A DNA stretch of 32,000 bases from Tannockella kyphosi (GTDB lineage Bacteria; Bacillota_I; Bacilli_A; Erysipelotrichales; Coprobacillaceae): assembly GCF_021054785.1 (NCBI RefSeq), contig NZ_CP088239.1, positions 330,001-362,000 on the forward strand. Reading direction: 5' to 3'. The position numbers and the translations under genes were made by a program. The notes beneath the pieces were generated by a model, which was not told where the DNA came from, did no database searches, and worked only from the letters and a program-made list of their open reading frames with translations. This document shows, in pieces, positions 18,702 through 29,136 of the stretch (position 1 is its first letter; every line of letters starts with the position of its first letter).

Positions 18702-19982
18702 ATGACGAAATTAAAAATAACTCCAAGAAAACTAAGAGGGACTATTCAAGTCCCTCCTTCTAAAAGTTTAGCACATCGTGCTATTCTTTGTGCATCATTA
18801 GCTAATGGAATAAGCCGTATTGATAATATTCAATACTCAAAAGATATAGATGCAACAATTAAAGCAATGGAATCATTAGGTACTCAAATAATGCGTTATC
18901 ATGATTTTTTAATTATTGATGGAACTACTACTTTTAAGAAAAAGGATAGTTATATTGATTGTAAAGAATCAGGTTCAACATTACGTTTTTTAGTTCCTAT
19001 TTCTATTGTAAAAGAAAATAAAGTACACTTTGTTGGTGAAGGTAACTTAGGAAAACGTCCTTTACATACTTTTTATGAAATATTTGATCGTCAAAATATA
19101 GATTATACATGCCAAGAGGGTGTGTTGGATTTACATATAGAGGGTCAACTAAAAGCCGATGTCTATCAAATACCAGGTAATATTTCATCACAGTTTATTA
19201 CTGGATTGTTATATGCTTTACCTCTATTAGAACAAGATTCAGTGATTGAAATAACATCTCCTTTAGAATCAATTGGTTATATTGATTTAACACTTCAAAT
19301 GTTAACCATGTTTGGTATTGAAATAGAACATGAAAATTATCAAAAATATTACATAAAAGCAAACCAATCATACCATGCTATGGACTATACAGTAGAAGCT
19401 GATTTTTCACAAGCTGCATTTTATTTAGTAGCTGGTGCGATCGGAAATGATGTAACTTTAACAAACTTAAATGTAAAATCATTACAAGGAGATAAGGAAA
19501 CATTAGATATTTTAGAACGTATGAATGCTTCTATTAGCCACAATAAGGATGGCTTGAAGGTAACTGCAAAACAGTTACAAGCAACAACAATTGATGCGAG
19601 TCAATGTCCGGATGTTATTCCTGTTATTAGTTTGGCTTGTAGTCAAGCAAAAGGACATACTTCGATTATTAATGCCGGTAGACTGCGCATTAAGGAGTGT
19701 GACCGTATTGAAGCAACAAGAAGTCAGTTAAATATATTGGGAGCTAATATTGAAGAATTAGAGGAAGGGATGGAAATAGATGGAGTAACTCCACTACATG
19801 GTGGAAAGACAAGTACTTTTGATGACCATCGTATTGCCATGATGCTTGCAATAGCATGTACAATTAGTAATCAACCGATTATAATAGATAATATGGAATG
19901 TGTACAAAAGTCTTACCCTAATTTTTGGGAAGATTATCAATCACTAGGAGGAATTATTGATGAGTGCGACATGGAAGAATAA
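18702..19982 (+). CDS. aroA: 3-phosphoshikimate 1-carboxyvinyltransferase (EPSP synthase)
   Basis: 426 aa: PPSKSLAHRAILCASLA, GNLGKRP, RIKECDRI, DDHRIAMMLAIA. Confidence 0.92.
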   Translation: MTKLKITPRKLRGTIQVPPSKSLAHRAILCASLANGISRIDNIQYSKDIDATIKAMESLGTQIMRYHDFLIIDGTTTFKKKDSYIDCKESGSTLRFLVPISIVKENKVHFVGEGNLGKRPLHTFYEIFDRQNIDYTCQEGVLDLHIEGQLKADVYQIPGNISSQFITGLLYALPLLEQDSVIEITSPLESIGYIDLTLQMLTMFGIEIEHENYQKYYIKANQSYHAMDYTVEADFSQAAFYLVAGAIGNDVTLTNLNVKSLQGDKETLDILERMNASISHNKDGLKVTAKQLQATTIDASQCPDVIPVISLACSQAKGHTSIINAGRLRIKECDRIEATRSQLNILGANIEELEEGMEIDGVTPLHGGKTSTFDDHRIAMMLAIACTISNQPIIIDNMECVQKSYPNFWEDYQSLGGIIDECDMEE

Positions 19983-21027
19983 TATTGAAATATCTATTTT
20001 TGGAGAAAGTCATGGAAAAGCAATTGGTGTTTTACTCGGTAATTTACCGAGTGGAATTATTCTAGATAAAGAATTTATTCATCAAGAAATGCAACGACGT
20101 GCACCAGGTAAAAATAAAATGTCTACAGCAAGAGTAGAAAAAGATGAAGTAGAGATTATGAGTGGTGTTCTAGAAGGTAAAACAACAGGAGCTCCTTTAA
20201 TGGCAATGATTTATAACAATGATCAACACTCCAAAGATTACTCTGTTTTAAAAACACATATGCGACCAGGACATAGTGATTATCCTGCTTATATTAAATA
20301 TCTTGGGTTTAATGATGTTCGTGGAGGAGGTCATTTTTCAGGGCGTATTAGTGCCCCAATTGTATTTGCCGGAGCAATTGCTAAACTTATTTTAAAACAA
20401 AAAGGAATTGAAATAGTTGGACATATGAGTGCAATAGAAAATATCCAAGATGATTTGTTTGAAACAACAATTACAAAACAAACAGTGCAATTGTTACAAG
20501 AACAAGTTTATCCTGTTCTAAACAAAGCAATCTATTCAAAAATGCAAGAAGCTATTGAAACAGCAAGAATGGATCAAGATTCAGTTGGAGGTAAAATAGA
20601 ATGTGCTATTCTAGGAATACCAGCAGGAATTGGAGAACCTTTCTTTGATTCAATAGAAAGTCACTTAGCTAGTTTGATGTTTTCAGTACCAGCTGTAAAA
20701 GGAATTCATTTTGGAAATCGCCAAATTAGTCAGTTAAAAGGGAGTCAAGCAAATGATTGTTATGTTTATCAAGGGGAAAAAGTGACTTGTTTAACAAATA
20801 ATAATGGTGGTATTACAGGTGGTATTAGTAATGGAATGCCAATTATATTTGAAGTTGCCCTAAAACCAACTCCTTCTATTTCAAAACAACAAAATACAAT
20901 TAATGTAGAAACAAAAGAAAATACAACATTGGAAGTACATGGTCGTCATGATCCTTGTATCGTTCCTCGAGCAATCGTTGTCATTGAAGCAATGGCAGCA
21001 ATAACGATGCTTGATTTTATGAGGTAA
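19957..21027 (+). CDS. aroC: Chorismate synthase
   Basis: 356 aa: FGESHGKAIGVLLGNLPSG, RPGHSDY, GGGHFSGR, GRHDPCIVPRA. Overlaps the aroA end by 26 nt. Confidence 0.92.
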   Translation: MMSATWKNNIEISIFGESHGKAIGVLLGNLPSGIILDKEFIHQEMQRRAPGKNKMSTARVEKDEVEIMSGVLEGKTTGAPLMAMIYNNDQHSKDYSVLKTHMRPGHSDYPAYIKYLGFNDVRGGGHFSGRISAPIVFAGAIAKLILKQKGIEIVGHMSAIENIQDDLFETTITKQTVQLLQEQVYPVLNKAIYSKMQEAIETARMDQDSVGGKIECAILGIPAGIGEPFFDSIESHLASLMFSVPAVKGIHFGNRQISQLKGSQANDCYVYQGEKVTCLTNNNGGITGGISNGMPIIFEVALKPTPSISKQQNTINVETKENTTLEVHGRHDPCIVPRAIVVIEAMAAITMLDFMR

Positions 21028-21029
21028 TT

Positions 21030-22145
21030 ATGAAAGATTTAGAAACTTGTCGTCAAGAAATAGACTCATTAGATAGCCAAATAGCAAGTCTTTTTGAACA
21101 GCGTATGGCTGTTTCAAAAGATGTAATTACTTATAAGTTAGCAAATAATTTACCTATCTTTCAACCAGAAAGAGAACAAATTGTTTTAGAAAAAAATAGT
21201 CAAAGAATAAAAGATCAAGACTTACAAAAATATGCATTAAGCTTTTTTCAAGATATGATGGATACATCAAAAGCATATCAAGCTAGCTTTATTCCTTTAT
21301 CACAAGAAATAGAATTAACAAAACCAATGGAAACTACTTTAAAAGCAGGTTATCAAGGAGTACCAGGTTCTTTTTCTAATCAAGCATTACAACAATACTT
21401 TGGTAAGATAGAAAGTGTCTATTTTCCTAAATTTGAGGATGTTTATATTGCTTTAATGAATCAAACAATTGATTATGGTATTGTTCCTTTGGAAAATTCA
21501 AATACAGGTTCCATTAATGATAATTATGACTTATTACGCTTATATAACTGTTTTGTAGTGGGAGAGATTAGTATTCCTATCACACAACATTTATTAGCTA
21601 AAGAGGGAGCGAAAGTAGAAACTATTCGTGATGTATATTCACACCCTCAAGGTATTTTACAATCATCAAAATATTTAGATGAACATCCAAATATGGATTG
21701 CCATGATTTTACGAATACTGCAGCTGCAGCAAAATATGTTAGTGAACAAGATGATTTCTCCAAAGCAGCAATTGCATCATTGCAAGCTGCTAAAATATAT
21801 GGTTTAAAAGTTATTCAAGAAAATATTCATACTCAAGAAAACAATCATACTCGTTTTATTGTTATTAGTAGGAATTTAGAAAAGAATAAAAAGGCAAATA
21901 TTGTGAGTATTGTGTTTACTTTGGATCATAAAGTAGGAGCATTGTATAGTATTTTAAAAACAGTAAAAAATCATCATTTAAATCTAACTAGAATTGAATC
22001 AAGACCGATTGTAGATCAAGAATGGCAATATTATTTTTATATTGATTTTAATGGTAATTTAGAAGATAGAACAGTTCAAGTTGCATTACAACAAATGAGA
22101 AGTTATTGTTTAACATTAGATGTAATAGGAAATTATGAAGGATGA
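21030..22145 (+). CDS. pheA: Bifunctional chorismate mutase / prephenate dehydratase (P-protein) with C-terminal ACT domain
   Basis: N-terminal CM_2 helix pattern (LETCRQEIDSLDSQIASLFEQRM), PDT core (GYQGVPGSFSNQA, VPLENSNTGSI, TRFIVIS), ACT region (GALYSILKTVKNHHLNLTRIESRP). Confidence 0.9.
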   Translation: MKDLETCRQEIDSLDSQIASLFEQRMAVSKDVITYKLANNLPIFQPEREQIVLEKNSQRIKDQDLQKYALSFFQDMMDTSKAYQASFIPLSQEIELTKPMETTLKAGYQGVPGSFSNQALQQYFGKIESVYFPKFEDVYIALMNQTIDYGIVPLENSNTGSINDNYDLLRLYNCFVVGEISIPITQHLLAKEGAKVETIRDVYSHPQGILQSSKYLDEHPNMDCHDFTNTAAAAKYVSEQDDFSKAAIASLQAAKIYGLKVIQENIHTQENNHTRFIVISRNLEKNKKANIVSIVFTLDHKVGALYSILKTVKNHHLNLTRIESRPIVDQEWQYYFYIDFNGNLEDRTVQVALQQMRSYCLTLDVIGNYEG

Positions 22146-22639
22146 AAAATATTGTTTTTATTGGATTAATGGGATGTGGAAAAACAACAATAGCTTATGA
22201 ACTATCTAAAAAACTATCATTAGAAATCATTGATTTGGATCATTATATAGAAACTAAATATCAGGAAACTATTCAAGATATGTTTTGTCAAGGAGAAGAT
22301 TTATTTAGAAGTAGAGAAACAGAGTGTTGTCATGAAGTAAGTAAAAAAGAAGGCTGTATTATTTCTACAGGTGGAGGAGTTATTAAAAATAAAGAGAATA
22401 TTGATGCACTAAAAGAGAATGGATATATTATTTATATAGATCGTCCTGTAGAAAATATTGTTTTAGATGTTACTACTGCATCGAGACCTTTATTGAAGAA
22501 TGGTCCTCAAGCATTATATGATTTATATCATGAGCGTCATCATTTGTATCAAGATTATTGTGATTATCACTTTATAAATGATATTTCTTTACAAGAAGCG
22601 ATAGAAAAACTAATGGAGCATATCAATAGAAATCTTTAG
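22142..22639 (+). CDS. aroK: Shikimate kinase
   Basis: 165 aa, P-loop GLMGCGKTT, FRSRETE, STGGGV. ATGA overlap with pheA. Confidence 0.9.
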   Translation: MKNIVFIGLMGCGKTTIAYELSKKLSLEIIDLDHYIETKYQETIQDMFCQGEDLFRSRETECCHEVSKKEGCIISTGGGVIKNKENIDALKENGYIIYIDRPVENIVLDVTTASRPLLKNGPQALYDLYHERHHLYQDYCDYHFINDISLQEAIEKLMEHINRNL

Positions 22640-22681
22640 TCACCTAAGATATAATAGGTTTTGTCAAAGGGGGTATTGAAT

Positions 22682-22924
22682 ATGACATCAAATAATCAAC
22701 AAGTAGATAACTTAGTTTCCATGTTAGATGGATATGCAGCAAATGGTGGACATCACTTAAATGTTAATGTTTTTACAAAAGAAACATTAATGGATGCTCA
22801 AGCTCACCCAGAAAATTATCCACAATTAACAGTACGTGTTTCAGGATACGCTGTTAACTTTGTAAAGTTAACAAAAGAACAACAAGATGACGTTATCTCT
22901 AGAACATTCCATAGTCAAATGTAA
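22682..22924 (+). CDS. grcA: Autonomous glycyl radical cofactor (GrcA/YfiD-like)
   Basis: 80 aa with GGHHLNVNV and the glycyl-radical motif [24 protein letters not shown] ahead of the ATG at 22682. The ORF-track TTG at 22661 is unlikely. Confidence 0.85.
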   Translation: MTSNNQQVDNLVSMLDGYAANGGHHLNVNVFTKETLMDAQAHPENYPQLTVRVSGYAVNFVKLTKEQQDDVISRTFHSQM

Positions 22925-22928
22925 TGTT

Positions 22929-22951
22929 AGCACCTTCGGGTGCTTTTTTTG
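22929..22951 (+). terminator. Rho-independent terminator after grcA
   Basis: AGCACC ttcg GGTGCT followed by TTTTTTT. Confidence 0.85.
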
Positions 22952-22989
22952 TTTTTTATATTATGATAGAATGAAGAATGAGGTGACTT

Positions 22990-23391
22990 ATGAAACTTAA
23001 ATTAAATGAATTTGTACATGATGGACTCCCAGTATCTTGGCACCCTTACTATATTTTTGATATGATGGTGCATAAAAAACAAGTAGGAACACTCACTTTT
23101 CGAACTGGTAGTAATCAAGATAATTATTATGCTGGCCATATTGGTTATAGTGTAGAAAAGCAATATCAAGGAAATGGTTATGCCTATCAAGCATTGTTAT
23201 GTTTAGAACCATGGATTTTAGAGCATGGTTTTCATGAAGTGATTATTACATGTGATCCTAATAATATTGCTTCTAAAAAAACAATTGAAAAAGTGGCTAC
23301 TTTTTTAGAAACCAAAGAGATACCAAAACAGTATCGAAAAGACTTTTCGAAAGAAGAGAAAATAAAAGATATTTATTTATGGAAGCTATAG
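22990..23391 (+). CDS. GNAT-family N-acetyltransferase
   Basis: 133 aa with a motif-A-like QYQGNGYAYQAL and a downstream CDPNNIASKKTIEK. Confidence 0.7.
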   Translation: MKLKLNEFVHDGLPVSWHPYYIFDMMVHKKQVGTLTFRTGSNQDNYYAGHIGYSVEKQYQGNGYAYQALLCLEPWILEHGFHEVIITCDPNNIASKKTIEKVATFLETKEIPKQYRKDFSKEEKIKDIYLWKL

Positions 23392-23458
23392 GAAACGTTC
23401 TTGCAAGAAGGAGCAACTTATAGTAGAATTATCTAGATAGAAACAAAGGAGAATTTCA

Positions 23459-24895
23459 ATGGCAAAAAATATAAAAAATGATGCTATCACATCAATGGAA
23501 GATGATTTTGCACAGTGGTATACAGATGTATGTCGTAAAGCAGAATTAATGGATTATAGTAGTGTAAAAGGATTTATTATTTATCGTCCTTATGGATATG
23601 CAATGTGGGAACAAATTCAATCTTATATGGATAAATTATTCAAAGAAACAGGACATGAAAATGTATACATGCCAATGTTAATCCCTTCATCATTACTACA
23701 AAAAGAAGCGGATCACGTAGAAGGGTTTGCCCCTGAATGTGCGGTAGTTACCAAAGGTGGATTAGATACTTTAGAAGAAAATTTAGTGATTCGTCCAACA
23801 TCGGAAACATTATTTTGTGAACATTATGCAAAGATAGTAAATTCATACCGTGATTTACCAAAGTTATATAATCAATGGTGTTCTGTGGTACGTTGGGAAA
23901 AAACAACAAGACCATTTTTACGTGGTTCGGAGTTTTTATGGCAAGAAGGACATACTATTCATGCTACAAAAGAAGAAGCCCAAGCAGAAACATTACAAAT
24001 GTTAGATATTTATGAAAAAACATCAATAGAATTATTAGCTATTCCTATGATAACAGGAAGAAAAACAGACAAAGAGAAGTTTGCTGGTGCTAAAGAAACA
24101 TATACGATTGAAGCTCTTATGCATGATGGAAAAGCACTTCAATCAGGAACTAGTCATTATTTTGGAGATGGTTTTGCGAAAGCTTTTGATATGAAATATT
24201 TATCAAAAGAAAATAAGTGGGAACATGTTTACCAAACATCATGGGGAGTATCAACAAGATTATTAGGAGCTATTATTATGGTTCATGGTGACAATAATGG
24301 ATTAGTGTTACCACCTAGAGTAGCACCAACACAAGTAATAATTATCCCTATTCAACAACAAAAAGAGGGAGTATTAGATAAGGTTTATGAATTAGAAGCA
24401 AGCTTAAAAGCTGCTGGAATTCGTGTAAAAGTAGACGCTAGTGATAAATCTCCAGGATGGAAGTTTGCAGAAGCAGAGATGCGTGGAATTCCACTTCGTT
24501 TAGAAGTAGGTCCTAAGGATATTGAAAAATCTCAATGTATCCTAGCAAAACGTAATGATGGAGTGAAAGAAAGTTATCCTTTAGATGATGCTTTAAGTAC
24601 GACAATCCATCAATTATTAGATACAATTCATGATGAAATGTATCTAAAAGCAAAAGAATTCCGTGATGAAAACATTCGTCAAGCAAAAACATATGATGAA
24701 TTTAAAGATATCCTAAATAAAAAAGCAGGATATGTAAAATTAATGTGGTGTGGAGATGAAGCATGTGAAATGAAAATTAAAGATGATACAGGAGCAACTA
24801 GCCGTTGTATTAAAGAGGAAGAAGCATTTAGTGATGTATGTCCTATTTGTGGAAAACCGGCTCATCAAGTAGTTTATTTTGCAAGAGCATACTAA
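23459..24895 (+). CDS. proS: Proline--tRNA ligase, archaeal/eukaryote-like type (no INS editing domain, C-terminal Zn-binding domain)
   Basis: 478 aa: [30 protein letters not shown], class II motifs ([22 protein letters not shown]), C-terminal CGDEACE...CPICGKPA...YFARAY. Confidence 0.92.
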   Translation: MAKNIKNDAITSMEDDFAQWYTDVCRKAELMDYSSVKGFIIYRPYGYAMWEQIQSYMDKLFKETGHENVYMPMLIPSSLLQKEADHVEGFAPECAVVTKGGLDTLEENLVIRPTSETLFCEHYAKIVNSYRDLPKLYNQWCSVVRWEKTTRPFLRGSEFLWQEGHTIHATKEEAQAETLQMLDIYEKTSIELLAIPMITGRKTDKEKFAGAKETYTIEALMHDGKALQSGTSHYFGDGFAKAFDMKYLSKENKWEHVYQTSWGVSTRLLGAIIMVHGDNNGLVLPPRVAPTQVIIIPIQQQKEGVLDKVYELEASLKAAGIRVKVDASDKSPGWKFAEAEMRGIPLRLEVGPKDIEKSQCILAKRNDGVKESYPLDDALSTTIHQLLDTIHDEMYLKAKEFRDENIRQAKTYDEFKDILNKKAGYVKLMWCGDEACEMKIKDDTGATSRCIKEEEAFSDVCPICGKPAHQVVYFARAY

Positions 24896-24923
24896 AGCAA
24901 AGAATATTTCTTTGCTTTTTTTT
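24895..24923 (+). terminator. Rho-independent terminator after proS
   Basis: AAGCAAAGAA tat TTCTTTGCTT followed by TTTTTT. Confidence 0.8.
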
Positions 24924-24940
24924 AGAAAGGAATCGATAAG

Positions 24941-25672
24941 ATGCAATTAAGTAGAGAAGAAAGATATATTAAATTAACAGGGATGCCTAATACTCGTGAT
25001 TTGGGTGGTTATGAAACACAGGGTGGAAGATATACTCGCAGTAATTGTTTTGTTCGTGCTTCGAGCATGGCTGGAGCAAAAGAAGAAGATATGGATATTT
25101 TAAGAAAAAAAGAAGTTGAAATCATTATTGATTTACGTAGTCCTAATGAACGTCATCATCAACCAAGTAAGGCTTATGATGAACCTTCTTTTCAAGTATA
25201 TGAGATTCCATTATTACAAGATAAATTTGTTCATACATTACCAGAAGATATAAAAAACTTTCAAGATTTAAGTGGCTTTTATATTTATTTATTAGAAGCC
25301 AATAAAGAGAATATTCGTAAAATATTTGAAGTTTTCGTAAAGCATAGTTATCAAACTATTTTATTTCACTGCTCTGCAGGGAAAGATCGTAGTGGTGTTA
25401 TTAGTGCTTTGTTATTAGATTTAGCAGGATGTTATGAATATGATATTGTTAAGGACTATAGTCAATCTTATGAAAATAATCAAAAGATGATGGAATCATT
25501 GGAACAAGTGATGGATTTAGAAGACAAAAAATTTCTAAGTTCTAACCCTAGATATATGATGAAGTTCTTAGGATATTTAAAAGAAAACTATGGTAGTGCA
25601 AAAGGATATTTATTGAGTTGTGGCATAAAAGAAGAAGATATTGAAATTATTATTGAAAATTTTACAATTTAA
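24941..25672 (+). CDS. Protein-tyrosine phosphatase (Y_phosphatase3-like)
   Basis: 243 aa. N-terminal NTRDLGG and the CX5R active site HCSAGKDRSG. Confidence 0.8.
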   Translation: MQLSREERYIKLTGMPNTRDLGGYETQGGRYTRSNCFVRASSMAGAKEEDMDILRKKEVEIIIDLRSPNERHHQPSKAYDEPSFQVYEIPLLQDKFVHTLPEDIKNFQDLSGFYIYLLEANKENIRKIFEVFVKHSYQTILFHCSAGKDRSGVISALLLDLAGCYEYDIVKDYSQSYENNQKMMESLEQVMDLEDKKFLSSNPRYMMKFLGYLKENYGSAKGYLLSCGIKEEDIEIIIENFTI

Positions 25673-25722
25673 GAAGTAATTCCCCAATTTATCTCGTATA
25701 CAAGATTAGGAGGGGAATTTTT

Positions 25723-26124
25723 ATGACAAAAATCAAAGCACTCACATTTCGTGAAAAACAATTAGTATTAGAAAAAATATTTAGCCAGTATCGAAGAGCA
25801 AAGATAAAATTGCATTGTTTAAATCAAACATCTTTTTATCCTGCAATTCATTATGATTTAGTTCGTGAAAAAGGAAATCATTATAGTGTTAGTATGATGG
25901 ATAAATTAAATGAACATATTGATAATAAAGATGAATTAGAAAGTATTATTATTACTTTTGAATGCATTGTAAGTACTTTATCAACAGAAACAAAAAGAAT
26001 CATTATGAATGAGTTTGTAGAACCATTAGATGAGGGTTGGTGGTATGAGTATTATTCTAAATCTACTTATTATCGAGTGAAGTCTAGAGCAATGGAAGAA
26101 GCTTTGTTCTATTTGAATATCTAA
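25723..26124 (+). CDS. Putative ArpU-family / sigma-70 region-4-like transcriptional regulator
   Basis: 133 aa. The size, the N-terminal ..IFSQYRRAKIKL.. and the C-terminal ..YSKSTYYRVKSRAMEEALFYL resemble phage ArpU/RinA-type late regulators. Recalled similarity only. Confidence 0.4.
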   Translation: MTKIKALTFREKQLVLEKIFSQYRRAKIKLHCLNQTSFYPAIHYDLVREKGNHYSVSMMDKLNEHIDNKDELESIIITFECIVSTLSTETKRIIMNEFVEPLDEGWWYEYYSKSTYYRVKSRAMEEALFYLNI

Positions 26125-26169
26125 ACCACACTATGATAATAGGAATTGTTTGAAAAAAGGATAATTTTA

Positions 26170-26198
26170 TTGCAAATAAGGAGTTGTTTCGCTATAAT
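26170..26198 (+). promoter_or_regulatory. Sigma-A type promoter of the NCS2 permease gene
   Basis: TTGCAA (26170-26175), 17 nt, TATAAT (26193-26198). Confidence 0.55.
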
Positions 26199-26226
26199 AA
26201 GCCTGTTGTTTTATAGGAGGAAGATT

Positions 26227-27543
26227 ATGTTAGAAAAAATGTTTAAATTGTCTCAAAAAGGGACGAATGTAAAAACGGAAGTTTTTGCAGGTGTTACTAC
26301 TTTCTTGGCGATGGCTTATGTATTAGCGGTTAACCCTGCTATGCTTAGTGAAACTGGATTGTCATTTGAAGGTGTTTTCTTGGCGACAGCATTATCAGCC
26401 TGTGTTGGAACAATGATTATGGGATTGTTAGCAAACTATCCAGTAGCATTAGCTCCAGGAATGGGTGTAAATGCATTATTTACATATACGATTGTATTCC
26501 AAATGGGATTCTCTCCAGCTGCTGCCTTAGCTGCTGTAGTAGTATCTGGTGCTATTTTCTTAGTAATTTCAGTTACGGGAATTCGTAAAGCAGTTATTAA
26601 TGCAATTCCTGCTCAATTAAAATTAGCAATTGGTGCTGGTATTGGGTTCTTTATTGCTTTTATCGGTTTAAAGAATGCTGGAATTATTGTCTCTGATGCA
26701 TCTACATTTGTTGCATTAGGAGATTTAACGGATCCTGTAGTATTACTTTCTGTTTTTGGTATCTTGGTAACTTTAGCTTTATTAGCAAAGAAAGTTCCAG
26801 CTGCCGTATTTTATGGTTTAGTAGTTACTGCAATAACTGGAATTATTGCTGGGTTATGTGGTGTAGCTGGGATGCCAACTGCTCCAACAGCGATTATTTC
26901 TACTGAATTAGACTTTAGTTTATTTGGTTTATTTGTAGAAGGATTTGGTGAGTTATTCGCGAATCCACAATGCATTGTAGCTTTATTCTCATTATTATTC
27001 GTAGACTTCTTTGATACTGCTGGGACATTAATTTCAGTAGCAAATAGAGCAAAGTTAGTAGATGAAAATGGAGAATTAGAAAATATTGAAAAAGCACTAA
27101 TTGCAGATTCTGCGGGGACTATTTTTGGAGGATTCATTGGAACTTCCACTGTAACATCTTATGTAGAATCAACGGCTGGTGTAGAAGTTGGTGGTAGAAC
27201 AGGATTAACTGCTTGTACTACAGCGCTTTTATTCTTATTATCTATCTTCTTTTCACCTTTATTATCAATTGTAACAAGTGCAATCACAGCTCCTGCATTA
27301 GTAGTAGTAGGTGTATTGATGGCTCAACAATTAGGTGGTATTGATTGGGAAGATTTCGTATTTGCTGCATCTGGATTTGTTACTATCATTATGATGATTT
27401 TAACTTATTCTATTTCTGATGGGATTGCTTTTGGATTTATCGTTTATGGTTTATCAATGGCAGTAACTGGAAAAACAAAACAAGTAAGTCCAATTGTTTG
27501 GGCATTAATTGCTATTTTCGTTGCATATTTTGCAATTATTTAA
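26227..27543 (+). CDS. NCS2-family purine permease (AzgA/PbuG-type adenine/guanine/hypoxanthine transporter)
   Basis: MLEKMFKLSQKGTNVKTEVFAGVTTFLAMAYVLAVNP... is the typical AzgA-family N-terminus. Multi-TM. TAGGAGG SD ahead of the ATG at 26227. The ORF-track start at 26146 lies upstream of the promoter. Confidence 0.88.
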   Translation: MLEKMFKLSQKGTNVKTEVFAGVTTFLAMAYVLAVNPAMLSETGLSFEGVFLATALSACVGTMIMGLLANYPVALAPGMGVNALFTYTIVFQMGFSPAAALAAVVVSGAIFLVISVTGIRKAVINAIPAQLKLAIGAGIGFFIAFIGLKNAGIIVSDASTFVALGDLTDPVVLLSVFGILVTLALLAKKVPAAVFYGLVVTAITGIIAGLCGVAGMPTAPTAIISTELDFSLFGLFVEGFGELFANPQCIVALFSLLFVDFFDTAGTLISVANRAKLVDENGELENIEKALIADSAGTIFGGFIGTSTVTSYVESTAGVEVGGRTGLTACTTALLFLLSIFFSPLLSIVTSAITAPALVVVGVLMAQQLGGIDWEDFVFAASGFVTIIMMILTYSISDGIAFGFIVYGLSMAVTGKTKQVSPIVWALIAIFVAYFAII

Positions 27544-27547
27544 TAGC

Positions 27548-27579
27548 AAAAAGGGTTTCTTTTAATAGAAACCCTTTTT
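27548..27579. terminator. Bidirectional terminator between the permease and the convergent TspO gene
   Basis: AAAAAGGGTTTCT (27548-27560) tttaat AGAAACCCTTTTT (27567-27579). The A/T runs make it usable on both strands. Confidence 0.8.
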
Positions 27580-28018
27580 AATTTAAAATAACAATAGTGA
27601 TATTTAAGAATAGTGCAAAAGTGATCCAAAAAAGATAAGGTAGAAGTAAATAACCAGAAGTATGATCTATTTGGAAGAATAAGATTATTGTTCCTATTAC
27701 TAAAATAATTAAAAGCAAAAGCCACAAAGCAGAAAAAGTAAAGAATTGATATTGAAAAAAGAAAAAAGGCCAAATTAAATTAATAAACAGTTGTATAAAA
27801 TAGATAACTTGAGCTATTGTTGTTTCACTCTTTTTATAAATCCGATAACTGCTATAGCCCATCATAAGATATAATACAGTCCATACAATAGGAAAAACAA
27901 AACTACTAGGGGCAAAGCTAGGAAGAACTAGATTTGTATACAAGGATGTATCCACAAATATCGAAATCAGCCAGCTTGTTAATAAAGGAAAAAATAGTAA
28001 AAATATAGAAAATATCAT
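27578..28018 (-). CDS. tspO: TspO/MBR family (tryptophan-rich sensory) membrane protein
   Basis: 146 aa, 5 TM, LPSFAPSSFVFPIVWTVLYLMMGYSSYRIY and LFINLIWPFFFF. AAGGTGA SD, and TTGCAT-18-TATAAT upstream on the minus strand. Confidence 0.85.
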   Translation of the reverse strand: MIFSIFLLFFPLLTSWLISIFVDTSLYTNLVLPSFAPSSFVFPIVWTVLYLMMGYSSYRIYKKSETTIAQVIYFIQLFINLIWPFFFFQYQFFTFSALWLLLLIILVIGTIILFFQIDHTSGYLLLPYLFWITFALFLNITIVILN

Positions 28019-28062
28019 TTTATCACCTTATTAGATTATAGCTAATAAATAATAAAATATGC

Positions 28063-28091
28063 AAAAAAGATATCAAATAAATGATATCTTT
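28063..28091 (-). terminator. Rho-independent terminator of the hydrolase gene
   Basis: AAAGATATCA (28066-28075) / TGATATCTTT (28082-28091). The minus strand follows with TTTTTT. Confidence 0.7.
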
Positions 28092-29013
28092 ACATATATT
28101 TTTTCAAAAAAGAATGGATTACTTTAAAATAACTATCATCTAATAGAGCTAAAGCGTGTCCTGCATCAGGAACTACTAATAGTTCTTTTTTGGCACTACA
28201 TGCTTCATAATTATGGTAAACCATTTCAAAAGGAACATAGGTATCCTTTGTTCCATGTATAAATAATGTAGGTGTTTTTGATTTTTTAAGCTGATCAACA
28301 CTGCTTGCTTTAAAAATATCATATCCTAGTTTTCTTTTACACAAAGCTTGGAAACCAACTAATAGAGCTTTAAAATCAGAACCATATTTCTTTTTCATTT
28401 GACTTAATAATATTTCACCAACACTTGTAAAACCACAATCCTCAATCGCACATACAACATTCTCTGGTAAATTATTACCAGTAGTATTCATAACAGTAGC
28501 AGCCCCCATACTAACACCATATAAGGCTATTTTAGCATCGCTATGAATATCTTGAATATATTGAATCCAATCCATTAAATCATTTTGTTCTAACCACCCC
28601 ATACCAATATACTTACCATCACTATTACCATGACTTCTTTGATCAAACACCAATATGTTATATCCTTGTTCAAAAAAGTTTTGGGCACTAATATACATAC
28701 TTACTTTTGTAGACTTATATCCATGTGCTAAAATAATCCATTTCTGACACTCTTTATGGACAATAATATCCCCTTTTAAAGTAAGTCCATCAAAAGTCTT
28801 TAATTCCACTGCTTTTTTAGGTGCTTTTTTAAACCAAATAGATGCATCAATTGTTGGTTGAGTTAAACAACTAGTATCGGTATCATGAACAGATACTGAT
28901 TTTTTGTGTCCTACTAAAGTAGCATTAAATAATTTAGTGTTGGCCCAATAATAACCAGCACTAGCACTAACACTCGTTGCAAGACCTAATGTAATTAATG
29001 TTGATTTTTTCAT
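28090..29013 (-). CDS. Alpha/beta hydrolase with N-terminal signal/anchor
   Basis: 307 aa. N-terminal hydrophobic segment, HGY...HGNSDG, nucleophile elbow GVSMGA, C-terminal DAGH. Confidence 0.8.
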   Translation of the reverse strand: MKKSTLITLGLATSVSASAGYYWANTKLFNATLVGHKKSVSVHDTDTSCLTQPTIDASIWFKKAPKKAVELKTFDGLTLKGDIIVHKECQKWIILAHGYKSTKVSMYISAQNFFEQGYNILVFDQRSHGNSDGKYIGMGWLEQNDLMDWIQYIQDIHSDAKIALYGVSMGAATVMNTTGNNLPENVVCAIEDCGFTSVGEILLSQMKKKYGSDFKALLVGFQALCKRKLGYDIFKASSVDQLKKSKTPTLFIHGTKDTYVPFEMVYHNYEACSAKKELLVVPDAGHALALLDDSYFKVIHSFLKKYM

Positions 29014-29136
29014 TTTCTACCTCCGTTAGCTAGAATTAAAATAATTGCTCACTTCTATTCTAGTCAATTAGAAGTAGAAAAACAACTATTTTATTGGTAT
29101 AATATAATAAAGATAGGCTTAATAAAGGAGACGTTT

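Noticed and set aside
23392-23458. Looked for a T-box leader upstream of proS.
   Set aside because: The intergenic region is only ~67 nt, with no AGAGA or T-box (GGTGGTA) motifs and no terminator.
26125-26226. Looked for a purine (guanine/adenine) riboswitch upstream of the NCS2 purine permease.
   Set aside because: The leader after the TTGCAA-17-TATAAT promoter is only ~25 nt. It shows none of the conserved purine-riboswitch junction or loop sequences.
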